The position numbers and the translations under genes are program-made. DNA of 50,453 nt, counting the filler, from Jimgerdemannia flammicorona (taxonomy: Eukaryota): NCBI GenBank assembly GCA_003990765.1. It is 2 parts of 2 records of this genome, joined end to end, with 100 filler letters (N's around TTAATTAATTAA, not from the genome) between each part and the next. Parts side by side here need not be neighbours in the genome. Positions count along the whole stretch, not along the records: positions 1 to 25,184 come from RBNJ01000870.1; 1 more part is not named here. One strand, written 5' to 3'. Position 1 is the stretch's first letter. Every line of letters starts with the position of its first letter. Below are positions 1 through 11,953 of this stretch, in pieces. Below the pieces are notes generated by a model, which made no database searches, was not told where the DNA came from, and was given only the letters and a program-made list of their open reading frames with translations.

Positions 1-2734
1 AAAAAAAAAGAGAAGGGGATTAGAGATTGATATAAATGAAGCTAGAGATCACTGATTCTAACTAGTATTGAGAGAGAAGGAGGAGACTCTGGTGAGAAAA
101 ATGGTAGTGTACTGTATTGGCAGAGACTTGAGGAGGGAGAGAGGCCTTCTAAATATCTCTCATGGCTTCTTTAGATAAGGAGGGTGAGGCAGAGGTGAGA
201 GGGGGTCCTGAACTCTGAAGGTCTGCTTATACATATATAGCTCACAAGATATTTTAGGCTCTCTGAAGGAGAGGCAGAGCAGTCTATAGAGTGAGGAGGA
301 GGGTGGAACCAATGTGGCTAATATTGAATATACTTTGGAGAATTGGAACTCTCTATAAGTTGATAGGCTTAAGGATTTAGTACTGTTAGTGCAGAAGGAG
401 GAGATTAATCAGGTTTCTTACCATGACTAAGCTGGGCACTTCCCTGGGATTGGATGGTCTGCCCTGAGACTTCTGGAAGAGGATGATGAATGTCCCTATT
501 ATACTGAAAGAGATGACAGTACTGTATAACTTATTACTATAGTCAGAGAAGTGGGTGAGATGGCAGGATCTGGGTCTAGTGGTATTGTTATATAAGGACA
601 AGGACAGGAGAGAGGTTTGGAATAACTGGTAACTAATTATGCTCCTGGATATAGTTAGGAAGATAGTTCTCAAGATAATTGTTGTAAGGCTACAGAGAGT
701 AGTTTAGTAAGTACTAGGTGAGAAGCAATGGGGTTTTGTTAGGGGCCAACTTATTTGGGATAGTATAGCTTGACTTTACAGTATCATTGAAGGGGCTCAA
801 GCCTGTAGACTAGATGGGAGATTAGAATTCCTGGATCAGGAGAAGGCCTATGATTATGTCTGATAGATATAATTGGTAAAAGTACTGAATAAGATTAAAG
901 TCCATCAGCAGTTTAGAATATTAATGATCAATCTGCTATAAGGGAGTAGGGCTGCAATTATGTGCAATAGCTATCAGAGAGTGATATTCTCTCTAGGTAG
1001 AGGTGTTTCTCAGGATAACTCACTGTCTTTTATTTTGTATACTCTATCTTTGAAGCTATTGATGAATAGAATTTGGTGCAAGATAGTTGAGCTCTCTGTA
1101 TTTAGAATTGTCTAGAAGGTGGGAGTCTTTGCAGATAATATAGTAGTTGACCTCAGATCAATTATAGTTGTAAAGGAACTTAAGAAAACAGTAGAGTAAT
1201 ATAAAGTATACATAGGGGTAAAACTCAACTAGTATAAGTGTGAAATAATGATATTGAGCAATGAGCTGATAGGAGGGGATATCATTGGGAAATTGTTTCT
1301 GCTGGAGATACTGTAAGATACTTGGGTATTTTTCTTTCAGTCTATAGGTCAGTCCTCTCTAGAGTCTAATGGAAGCAGTAGGTAACTATTTTGGAGAGTA
1401 GTCCTACAAATCTAGAGCAGCCATTACATTTCTTTAGCAGGCCACATTTCTATCCTGAATGTCTACTGGCTTCTGAAGCTATGATATTTGGCTTATTATT
1501 TGGACTTTCTAGTCTGAGTAGTGAAGAGGCTTTTGAAGCTAGCCAAAGACTGGATCTGGACTGGGAGGCAGAGTCAGATTAGCTGGGAAATTCTTTTATT
1601 ACCAGTAGATAGAGGAGGTTTTGGACTGGTTGACTTCTCAAAAAGGCTATATTGTCTGAGAGCATGATAACTGAAGAGAGCTGTGGAACTGAGAGGTGAC
1701 AGCTGGGTTCCTCTGATGAAAAAGGTCTCAGAGATGAGGTTTTTACCAAGAGACTCTTTAGGAGATCTACTGTCTTTAGTTGAAATTAGTAGTAGTGGGT
1801 ATATGTGATATAAGAACTTCTGGTAGAGAGTAGTTGATGGGGCACACTATATTGGTTTTTACTGGCAGGAAGCAGAAAGAGAGTTACTATAGAGCCCAGT
1901 GATATAGCAATAGGATTGAGTATTATTAGAGAGTACTCTACTGATTGGCTTCAACATTAGTAATGGAGTAGAATACCAAAGAGGGTTAGAACAGAATATA
2001 TGACCTAGTGGCTGACAGGTAGCTGAAATTAGAAAGATATAAGACTAGAATAATGTCTAATCCTAGAGTACTGAGATATAGCAATAGCTATCACCTAAGT
2101 TCTGAGTAATATGATAGTACTTTCTGAGGAGGAACATTATGCTCATCTTTTATTCAGACTACTTATAGAGGGTGAACAGTTTGATTGTGATGAGTATTAT
2201 AATATAAGATAGAAAGAGGAATTTGTGTAGATATCAGAACATTGGCTGGAGGAGTGTGAGATACTTGGAGATTTTTGGTTTATAGTTGGAGATAGATTGG
2301 GTATTATAAGGAGAGATAATGGTAAGAGTGATTAATGGCAGGATTTGAGAGACAGATTGGTGGGGGGGGTTGGCAATAAGTAACTCACTATTGGATTGGT
2401 GTTAGCTATATAGATAGAGTTGACTAGATACTATTTATTTATTTTTGAGAAGGAGAGATAACTGAGTTTTAGAGTGCAGTTGGTAAGGTGGGAGGGGTTG
2501 ATGGTAGATATCTTGATATAGTGGTGACTGGGATGTGGCCTGCTGAGGAGGTATTAGTAATACTTAGTAGAGAAGATTTATAGGCAAAGTAGAGGTAGGA
2601 TTATAGTAATGGATAGTAAGATAGTCTTCAAGTATGAGAGTATAAAGGGGGGTCCCCCTAGGGGGATTGGGTGGTGGATTGGAGTACTGTATTTATATTG
2701 GATAAACTAGTAATAAATTGTAAAGTCTAAGAGA

Positions 2735-2775
<41 letters not shown>
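1..2775 (+). mobile_element. Degenerate non-LTR retrotransposon (L1/Tx1-like LINE), ORF2 RT region to poly(A) tail; 5' part lies outside the window or is truncated
   Basis: Decayed RT motifs: 'FLDQEKAYD' ~829, 'RGVSQDNSLSFILY' ~1000, 'GVFADN' ~1121. Same 3' end as the other copies (GGGGG..CCCCCTAGGGGGATTGG), then poly(A) 2736-2775. Many stops; almost no CpG. Confidence 0.9.
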
Positions 2776-2777
<2 letters not shown>

Positions 2778-3074
2778 ATAATTATACCTATTGAAGTACA
2801 AGAGTACTTTGATATAGTTAAGTCAGATGAAAGCTGAGACTTAGACAATATATCAGCAAATGTTCAAATTGAAATATATGATTTAAGTAATAGAACTTAA
2901 GAAGTTTAATTACCTTCAAAAGTTTGAGTATATATAATAACTAACTATACTAAACTTTAATAAAGTCTTCAGAGAGGGTATTTATATATAAAGAATAGAA
3001 AGAAAATGAAACAGATAAAATATTACTAAGTTAGATACTAAGTAATAAGTATAAGAGAGTATTTTATTAGAATA

Positions 3075-4440
3075 TTGTTATATAGTTCTAGAGGATTTTT
3101 CCAGAAGTTCTGGATATTCTAGAAGATGGTTATCTTAGGGTCAAGATCAATTTTGCATAGAGTATATCTTCTATACTTATTAATTTCAATATTGAGTTAA
3201 TATCTCAACCAAAGTCTATTTTTGGATTTATTTTAGATATTCAGGATTTTTTATATTTCTAGAAGTTCAAGAAATCAAAATCAGATTAGTTGAATTGACA
3301 TATTGCTGCAGACAATATCCAATTAGGAAATTTCAGAATCTAGTTAAGAGTGGGATCTAACATAGTTCAGTTTTACTTAAGAGTAGTATGTAGATTATTA
3401 TATAGGTTTTCACTATTCATGATATTGCTATTAGCTAATAATAGAAGTAAAATGTGAAGGAATATTTATGAGAAGAAGTGTTCTTAGCTATCTGTCTGTT
3501 TAAGTCTAAGTTTCTGAAATATGAAAGAGTAGTTATTTATACTAATAGAAGGCTATCTGAACTATAACAAATATGGGGTGAGCATTTAGTACTTTGATGA
3601 GTCAGAAGGCAGTTACATATTATACAAGTGTGAACTGATATATCAAGAAATTAACTAACTACTGAGTCAGTATATAGTTATATAGTATAAGGCTAATTTA
3701 ACAATACTAATGACTTCTATGCTACATATTTATAGATTTTAGATATAATCTGGATATTCTTTGATGAGGTCACCATTGATAATATCATTTCTGATAAAGT
3801 AGTTATCTAAGAAAAGTTGTCCTTAGATTATGTCTCCATGTTCATTTATAGAGTAATATGTCAGAACTATTTCACTATTCTACAGAATAGAATCATCTAT
3901 CTCATATGCTGAATATAGTATTGGTGAATAGAGAAGAAGTATATCATTAGATTCACTATCAGTATATCTTTGGTAGGTAATAATACTATGAGTTGCAAGT
4001 TTGTAATAGGCTAGTGGCTATTCTTTATTTCATTCATACTTAGGAGAGAGAGTCATTGGCTCTATCTTAAGAATTGTTTGAAGATATAGGTTATGTTCTC
4101 TGGTATCTTTATTTTAGTTAAAGTAGTCAGATATTAATGCAGGTTGATACTTGTACCTGTGGTCATTATCTCAATATATCTTATATGTAGTTATAAACTA
4201 TTATAAGTTCATTAACAAGATTGGCAGAGTGATCAGTATTGGTAGAGATCCTTAGCTGGGGGTCATATTAGTATTGGAGGGATTAATGTCTTCTGCTTTA
4301 TCATTATTGAACTAGATTATATTATAGACATCCTTTATAGTATACCCATCTTGTGATATTTTCAGAATTTGATCATCAGAATGTGAGAAGGGTCAGTCTG
4401 TAGTTTGAGTATGCTCAATATGGTCTCGATGGTGACGTCA
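3075..4440 (-). mobile_element. Solo-LTR-like relic related to the LTR of the chromovirus at 25738-36969 (boundaries approximate)
   Basis: 3100-3800 aligns by eye with 35705-36395 (e.g. ccagaagttctggatattctagaaga...ggtcaagatcaatt...atatctcaaccaaagt). The distal part diverges. Confidence 0.65.
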
Positions 4441-5383
4441 GACTAGGTCAACCTATTGAAGTACAAACCAGGGCTGACAGTCAAGTGCATACAACCGCTC
4501 GTCGATATTTGAGTTGTGAAAAACTTCTTTCAGTATGTATTTTGATATTTTCGAGGTTATCGGTCTGCCCAGGGCAAAGTCGGCGATAAGCACCGTTCCC
4601 GCTAGAAAGTACCGCTCAACCGAATTGTTCATCAAGATATGACGCAGGACATTTGAAATATACAAATTCAGCGCACTGGGGAGAGATTTCGGAAAAAAAT
4701 ATTGCCGGTTACGTTTCTGCGTATATTTTTTCAAGCGCCGCGGAATTATGATTCCTGTTCTTTAGTCTGTTAGTTCAAATTAGCTACCCTGCGTTTCTGT
4801 TAAGGTGATCTGGAGGGGAGCCAGCTCAACATGTTTGTTTTCAATAATAAAGTAGTTTGTCCTGGAGGTTTACGCACTGTTTAATAAAGTTGGTTGGCTG
4901 TTTCGAGTTATGCGGCTTCAGATAAGCAAGCCGCTGGAGGGCCATTGTGGTATTTACTGTATTGTATACCATGAGCAGTACGGAATCAACGGAACCCAAG
5001 CCAAAGTCAATAAGGACGTCGGCAGTGGTAATGGGCCACCGGAGCAAGTTGCTTGACCTAACTCACAATTGCCACCGCGGAGAGGAGATAAGTGCTTCAG
5101 ATTTATTAACTGCGGCGATATTTCCTCTGTGGGTGATGTCGTCGAACATTTTTTATGTTATGACTTCAATGATGACGAGGTCGAGCATTCATCTTTGTAC
5201 CAGCTCTTTCAAAAATAATTTTATATGCATTACATTACAATATCACATTGTTCTTAGTGATCTGGGGGAAAACGATGCCAAGCTGTAGCTCTGTCTTTTA
5301 ATATTGAACCCATTTAAAATTTCCTAAAGTTTACATGAAGCCGAAAGTTGACTTCAAAAGGGTTTCGTAGCAGCTTCCAGTCA

Positions 5384-7664
5384 TCACGGTCTCCATGGCG
5401 GGGGAAACGCGTTGCTCACGGGACTTCGAGGAGGAACCCCGTTGCCCATTGAGTATCGGTGAAGACCCCCGTTGGCCACGGGGCTCAGTTGGAGAGATCC
5501 AAATCTTTGTCGTCCTTGCTGACTGATCGGGGATCTCCTTTGCGCCACACCTTCTAGCGTAGGAATTTCGAATTTAGTATGAAAACAGGCGATCATATAA
5601 ATTAATTTTTTGTACATAGTAATTTTGGTACAAAACTTGCCTGACAACATGTGTTTTTGCGAAGCCTTTGTGGAACAGATACTGGGAGAACCTTCTGCAA
5701 GCCAGAACCCGGACCTACTGGGGGTGGCCTCAGCTTGGAGTTTTTTACGATGTCGCAAGGCTTCCGGGATTCCGTCTAGCCAAACTTCATCAGCGATCTC
5801 CTCCTCTACACCCTCAAGATCATCCAACACTTCGTTAACGGTCGGTCGGCTTTCGGGGTCCGGGTTCCAGCATCTCTTGTAGATATCTGAATATTCGGAT
5901 GGTGTGCCGGGGATGAGTTCTTCGCGCAATCCAGCTGGAGCAGCATCTGGAGGATGCTTTGCATTTCTCCGAGGGCAGTGTCTCGCAGTAAGTTGCCATA
6001 ACAGTGTTCCAAGGCAGTATACGTCAGATTTTTGCGTAAAAGGCATAATTGTCCCATTGGATTCAAATGCTTCAGGAGGGAGATATTCTATCCGCCCATA
6101 GATGTGACCATCATAATTGCTGAAGTGTTCTACTGTATTGCTTATACCAACATCAATGATCATAGGATTATAATTATCTGTACCAAGAAATACAATATTT
6201 CCTGGGTGTAAGTCATGATGGATCAAGCCTGCATTATGGATCACTTTCAACCTGCGGGTGATCTCTGTAGCAATATTCCACACATTTAACCAAGAATTTG
6301 GTGGAGACTTAGTGAGTAGTCGTGAAAGATCACCGCCAGCAGCATATTTCATGATCAGAATATAACAGCCAGATATATCATCCTTTGATAGCCCAATGAC
6401 TTTTGGTGTTGCTACTCGACGGGAATTGTTGCAGAGTTGAAGATAGATATTGACTAGTAGCTATTTGTAATTATAAATAAAAGTATAATATAAATAAATT
6501 GTAAGATTAAATCATTTTACCTTTAACTTAATAATCAACTACTTACCTCATTTCGCAGTTGATTTTTTACAATGTGACCACTCTCTTTCAATATCTTTAA
6601 AGCGACAGGTTTATCATTCACTACTGCTTTGTATACAGTGGCAAATCCACCTTCGCCCAACTTATTCATCAAAGTAAATTGGTTATAAGGTATCCAAACT
6701 ATGCAAGGTGCAACCTCAACTACTTGTAGCATATTGAGGCCCTCCAAGAGCCTATTTTCGTCGCTAGGAAACTTGGATTTAAGCTTTATCAGAGTACGGC
6801 GATCGATATTTTTAAGGGTATCTTGAATCCGATCAAAGGTGTTTATGGCTTTTGAGGGAATGCCGATTTGAGCGAGAAGCGGAAGGCTTGAATCTGTCCA
6901 TTGAAACCCAGCAAATATATAAATAAATTGAGTTATATCCCATCGCACAGCTGGAAACAATAAATTACACATGGTACTAACATACCATGGATGTTCAACT
7001 TGATGGTTGCATTTCGCTTCAGAGTTGCGTTGAGTAATCTTCTATTGTTATTACAGATATTGTTCCCTATAAATGAAAAATGAACGAATACACAGACCTT
7101 GAGCTGGAGCCCAGCAGGTAGCTAAAAACAACGGGCCTTATATTTATAATATACCAATAATATCAAGCGTTGCTAGAGTTAAGTTCCATATCAGAGCTTC
7201 AATCAGTGCATGTGCTCCCTCATCACTGATGTTGGTGTCTAAGGAAGAATAATAGATGGTTAAACGAACAAGCTCATATTGTGAGCTGGAATTCGGCATG
7301 CAGCGATATATAAAAAATTTTACCCGGTAATAACTTATAACTTACAATTGAGATTCAGCATGGTCAGAGTTATGTTCGACTTCAGAGACATGGCCAGAGT
7401 GCATACTCCCATATTGCCGATTTTGTTGACTAAAGTTGAATAGGAGATAGATTAGTTAAAAAACATGACATTGGCTAAAATGCGTTATGTAGCCGAAAAC
7501 AGAACAGACATACAATTGAGATTTAGCATAGATAGTGTCTTATTTTGCTTCAAAGATTCTGCCAGTGAGTATACTCCCTCTTCACCAATGTTATTTGCTG
7601 AATACAAAAAGGGAATAGATAATAAAAAAATATACAAATTGTAAATTGAGATATATGAAACAGC

Positions 7665-7706
<42 letters not shown>

Positions 7707-10700
7707 ACAGTTCAAACTTACATTCAAGGTTAAGCACAGTCAGAGTCTTACTCGACTCAAGAGATTTGGCAAGAGCACATACTCCCACATCGCCGATATT
7801 GTTGACTGGGGATGAATGAGAGTCAGATAAGTTAAAAACATGATGTCAGAGAAACTCATGATGTAGCTGAAAACAATGGTTCAAAAATCTCTTGCATACA
7901 ATTGAGATTTAATATAGACAAGGTCGTATTTCGTTTCAGGGATTCGGCCATCGCGCATGCTCCCTCTGCACCAATGTTATTGGCTGGACACAAACAATGA
8001 TAGATAATAAAAAATAAATAGGTTGTGAGTTGGAATGGACGAAACAGCTGCAAAATTTTTTCGCACAGTCCAAACGTACATTCAAGATTAAGCATGGTCA
8101 GAGTCTTGCTCGACTCAAGAGATTTGGCCAGGGAACATACTCCCATATCGCCGATATTGTTGACTGACGAATAATGGGGATGGAAGAGTTAAAACCACAA
8201 CATCGGCTGAAACTCATTATGCAGCTGAAAACAATAGTTCAAACAATTCTTGCATACGATTGAGATTTAGCATAGACAAGGTCGTATTTTGATTCAGAGA
8301 TTCGGCCAGTGCGCATGTTCCCTCTGCACCGATGTTATTGGCTGAAAACGAACGGGTGATAGACATAAAAAATGAGCAGGTTGTGAGCAGGAATGCATGA
8401 AAAAGCTGAAAATAACTTTTCCCAAAATTCAAGCATACATTCAAGATTAAGCATAGTCAGGGTCGTATTCGCCTTCAGAGACTCGGCCAATGCCCGTGCT
8501 CCCTCAACGGCAACGTTGTTTCCTGAAGTTAGACAGGGGATGGATGCAATGATAATGAGCTGAAATTCATTCGACAGTGGTAATCAACAGTTTATATAGT
8601 TATAACATACCAATGAGTTCCAAGGTCGACAGCGTCCTGTTTTGCTTCAGCGATTCAGACAGTGCGCGTGCTCCCTCATCGCTGATTTCAGTGTCTAAGA
8701 ATAAGTGATGGATCAGCAAACATTACCATGCATGAATTGGAACATTTCATACAGCTGCACAAAAAATTCATACAACACTAACTTACAATTGAGATTCAGC
8801 ATTATCAGGGACGTATTTGATCTCAGTGAGTTTGCCAGAGTGCATACTCCCACATCGCCGATTTTGTTGACTGAAGGATGGATAAGTTAGAAATATAATA
8901 TCAGCTGGAACTCATCACGCAGCTGAAACAGTAGTTCACACAGTTCCAGCATACAATTGAGATTCAGCATAGATAGGGTTGTATTTTGCTTCAGAGATTC
9001 GGCCAGTGCATAAGCTCCTTCTACACCAATGCCATTGGCTAAAGCCAATGAGAGGATAAATAATCGAAATAAAATAAAATAAAATAAAATAAAATAAAAT
9101 TCAAAAATCTTTCACATAGTTCAGACATACATTCGAGATTAAGCTTGATCAGGGTTGTATTCGTCCTCAGAGACTCAGCCAGTTTACCTACTCCCTCAAC
9201 AACAATGTTATTTCCTGAAAATGGAGAGGAGATGGATGAATACAATACAAATGTTCCAAGTTGTAATTCGTAATAGAGCTGTAATCAACAGGCCACATAG
9301 TTAAAACATACCAATAAGTTCCAATGTGGCCAGGGTCCTGTTATGCTTCAGCAAATTAGCTAGTGCGTATGCTCCCTTCGCACCAATATTATTAGCTGAA
9401 AATGAACAAGAGTTTAATAACGAATCACCAGAGGTGGTGAGTATAACATCTGCATTCAACAGTTTTGCCGGCTCTAACGTACAATTGAGATTCAATGTAG
9501 TTAAAGTCGTGTTCTGCATCAGAAGCTCGGCAAGTATACAAGCTCCTTGGACGCCGATATTTTTGGCTAGATCACAACAGAAGATAGTATATTAAACATA
9601 TATTGGCTGTTATCTAGAATATAAATAGAGCAACAAACAAAAGTTCACATACTTCTAACATACCTTGGAGATCAAGAGCGTTTTGAGTCATATTGTTCTT
9701 CAGAGATGCTACCAGTTCATACATTTTCTCATCATCAATGCCTTTATCTAAACATAATGTAAAGTAGAGAGTTAACTCCGTTTTGATATAAAATATATCC
9801 CCAAAATATTAAAAAATGACTTCTTCTCATTTTTAAAAGATAATATTAGCTTTTATCACATGGTTCAAAAGAGAAGTTCATATAATCACTTTTTAACCAT
9901 ATCTCAACATAAATGACTATGACAGTACGCACCTGCGGCCTCCCCGAACTCCAAATAGAAATTGGGGTTTGGCTCGACCCCCGAATTAGGAGCCAGCTTG
10001 TCGATAGGAACGCCCCCAGAGGTCAGCGACATCAAGTACATCAACGGGATACTGGTTTCATCCGTGGTCGAAGTTTTCGACGAAGTTGAGGAAGCTCCGA
10101 TTTCGGAGGCCTCGCTATTGGAAAAGAACCCTAATGATGTTTGGTCTAAATCTGGTGACCACGCGTTCAATTGCTTGCAATCGGAAGCAATCGAAGAGGA
10201 CATTTCGGGAGTGTTGGGCGTCAACGCTTCTGTCTGCGCGGAGGGGGTTCGGGGGATGTTGGCAGGCAATTCTTCCGGCTGCGGGGAGGGCGTTTGGGGG
10301 ATGTTGACTGTCAACACTTCCGGCGGGGTGATATTGGCGGTCAACGCTTCCAGCTGCGGTGAGGGCGCTTGGGAGACGCTGTCGGTCAACGCTTCGGGTT
10401 GCGGGGAATGAGTTCGGGGGGCGTTGGTGGTTAATTCTTCCAGTTGCGGAGAGGGAATTTGGGGAGTGTTGGCGATCGAAGTTTCGGCCAGCGGGGAGGG
10501 TTGCTTACGAAGCCGTGGCGGAAATAGGGGTTCTTCAGCACAAGACAGGAGGCAGTGCTGGTTCGATGAACAATAATAGAGGCCAACTGTTAGAATGTGT
10601 CAGCATCATACATCTGCCCCGGATTGGAATTGCTGCTGAAAAATTAGTCATTGCAAAGGATGAAAATAACGTACTTTAAGCAGGTCGCCGGCGGAAGCGC

Positions 10701-11953
10701 GCTGCTCAGGATCTCGTATAAAGCATTGATCCATGAAATCTACAAGCTCGCTATGCAAATTTTCAGGATAGTTTGGAGGACCTTGCTCGATAATTTTTTG
10801 CATAATCTAATATTAAATTTAATGACAATATGTATGTAAATAGTCAAAGGATATATAAGAACAAGACAATGTTTAGATAAGGGAATTTGAAAATAATAAC
10901 CTCTTCGTTATGTGATAGTTTGGTAATAAATGGCAAAGTCCAAGTGACTTTAAAAAAAAAAAAAATAATAACCTCTTCGTCTTCTAGTTGATCGTCGTAG
11001 GGACCCTTGCCGCCGTTGAGAATCTCGAGAACTACAATGCCTAATGCCCAAATATCGGCCTTTTGGTTGATGACCTTTCTTTCACAGACTTCAGGGGCCC
11101 AAAAGAATATGATGCCAGCCTCTTCGACTGACGAGTCCACAGTAGGCATTAAGGAGATAACCCCGAAGTCACCTGAATGTGAGATTTCGTAAGTGGGGTT
11201 GGGGGTAAGAGGATATATAGGAATTAGGATTAGAATGTGCGAGGTCTGGCTAATGTGCTGACCAACTTAATAAATAGGTAAGATATTTACCGATCACGAT
11301 TGTGTTGTCTTTTCCAAGGAAGACGTTTTCGCATCTGATATCGCGATGTATGTAGCCGTGCTCGTGAATTTTCACGAGGCCTGACACGAGCTGCGGTATT
11401 TGTGGGCCGAATGATAGGAATGATGGACGAGGAACAAATTATTTGAGGTAGCCTTAAAACACTACGCATCACGCACAACATACCAACTATCCCAAGGAGT
11501 ACAAAGCACTATACTAACCCTTTTGAGAATGAAGACAATTTGCGACAAAGTGACGCAGTTTTAGAAACAGTACCGTTGCAGTGTCCCGCCGTCGCAGTAC
11601 GGTGTTACGAGGAAGACACAGTTATCTAAGATGTGGATGCTGTGCAGTCGTAGAATATTTGGGTGTGGTGCGCATTTTATCATGGTGTATACTTCGTTTT
11701 CGACAAGCTCCGTGGGCATTCCAAACGTTTCCGGATCGTCGTCCTGCTCGATGACCCGGTACTTTTTGATAACCACGTTCTGACGCTCCCCGCGGGCCTC
11801 GTGGCAGAGGTACACGCCACCCTGTTGCGAGGGCCATGTGGGGCTTTTGGCGTCAAGGCCGTCATAAGAGAGCCGCGGGTTAGAGGGGAGTATGAGCACG
11901 CGGTCTTCCCAATGTTCCAACTTGGGGACAGGCAATGGTGCAGGCGCGGACAT
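5384..11953 (-). CDS. Multi-exon dual-kinase LRR gene: PAK/STE20-like kinase - Pro/Thr linker - 16 RI-like LRRs - TKL kinase. One in-frame TAA at 11561-11563, so it may be a recent pseudogene or null allele
   Basis: Manually spliced exons: 11953-11519, 11390-11291, 11172-10973, 10806-10675, 10557-9933, fifteen 84-nt exons (from 9747-9664 to 7238-7155), 7066-6986, 6950-6547, 6460-5384 (possible GC-AG intron 5640-5554). All have GT..AG ends and consistent phases; total 4314 nt, or 4227 nt if the GC intron is removed. Confidence 0.85.
5800..6700 (-). CDS. C-terminal tyrosine-kinase-like (TKL) kinase domain, exons 6950-6547 and 6460-5384
   Basis: WIPYNQF..LGEGGFATVYKA..VALKIL; IMKYAAGGDL; HHDLHPGN; IIDVG; YLPPE; KSDVYCLG; CWNPDPESRP. 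Intron 6461-6546 is phase 0 and restores the frame. Confidence 0.9.
6986..9747 (-). repeat. Array of 16 single-repeat LRR exons (28-aa RI/NLRC3-like LRRs)
   Basis: 84-nt exons 9664-9747, 9483-9566, 9312-9395, 9131-9214, 8955-9038, 8787-8870, 8611-8694, 8439-8522, 8258-8341, 8080-8163, 7900-7983, 7722-7805, 7514-7597, 7346-7429, 7155-7238, plus 81-nt 6986-7066. Consensus xNxIGxEGAxALAESLKxNxTLxxLNLx; all phase 1-1; no stops. Confidence 0.95.
10200..10500 (-). repeat. ~45-nt (15-aa) Pro/Thr/Ser-rich coding tandem repeat in the linker between kinase 1 and the LRRs, about 5-6 units
   Basis: IPSPQLEELTTNAPR / THSPQPEALTDSVSQ / APSPQLEALTANITP / TPSPQPEELPANIPR / TPSAQTEALTPNTPE. Confidence 0.8.
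10540..11953 (-). CDS. N-terminal kinase domain (PAK/STE20-like), exons 1-4 plus the start of exon 5
   Basis: VVIKKY; ELVENEVYTM..HPNILRL; TPYCDGGTL; exon 2 'LVSGLVKIHEHGYIHRDIRCENVFL'; exon 3 'GDFG...FFWAPEV...KADIWALGI'; exon 4 'DFMDQCFIRDPEQRASAGDLLK' spliced to 'HCLL' (the HPFL-type kinase end). Confidence 0.85.

Noticed and set aside
4453..5288. Short ORFs downstream of the kinase gene
   Set aside because: No recognisable motifs; probably 3' UTR or intergenic.
6900..6950. Possible transmembrane helix between the LRRs and TKL kinase (receptor-like kinase topology)
   Set aside because: 'WDITQFIYIFAGFQWTD' is too short and polar, there is no signal peptide, and RI-type LRRs are typically cytoplasmic.
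7485..7788. Poly-Lys ORFs
   Set aside because: Read-through of an intronic poly(T) run (7666-7704) between two LRR exons.
9962..10679. Plus-strand ORFs overlapping the linker exon
   Set aside because: Antisense shadows of a GC-rich repetitive coding exon on the minus strand.
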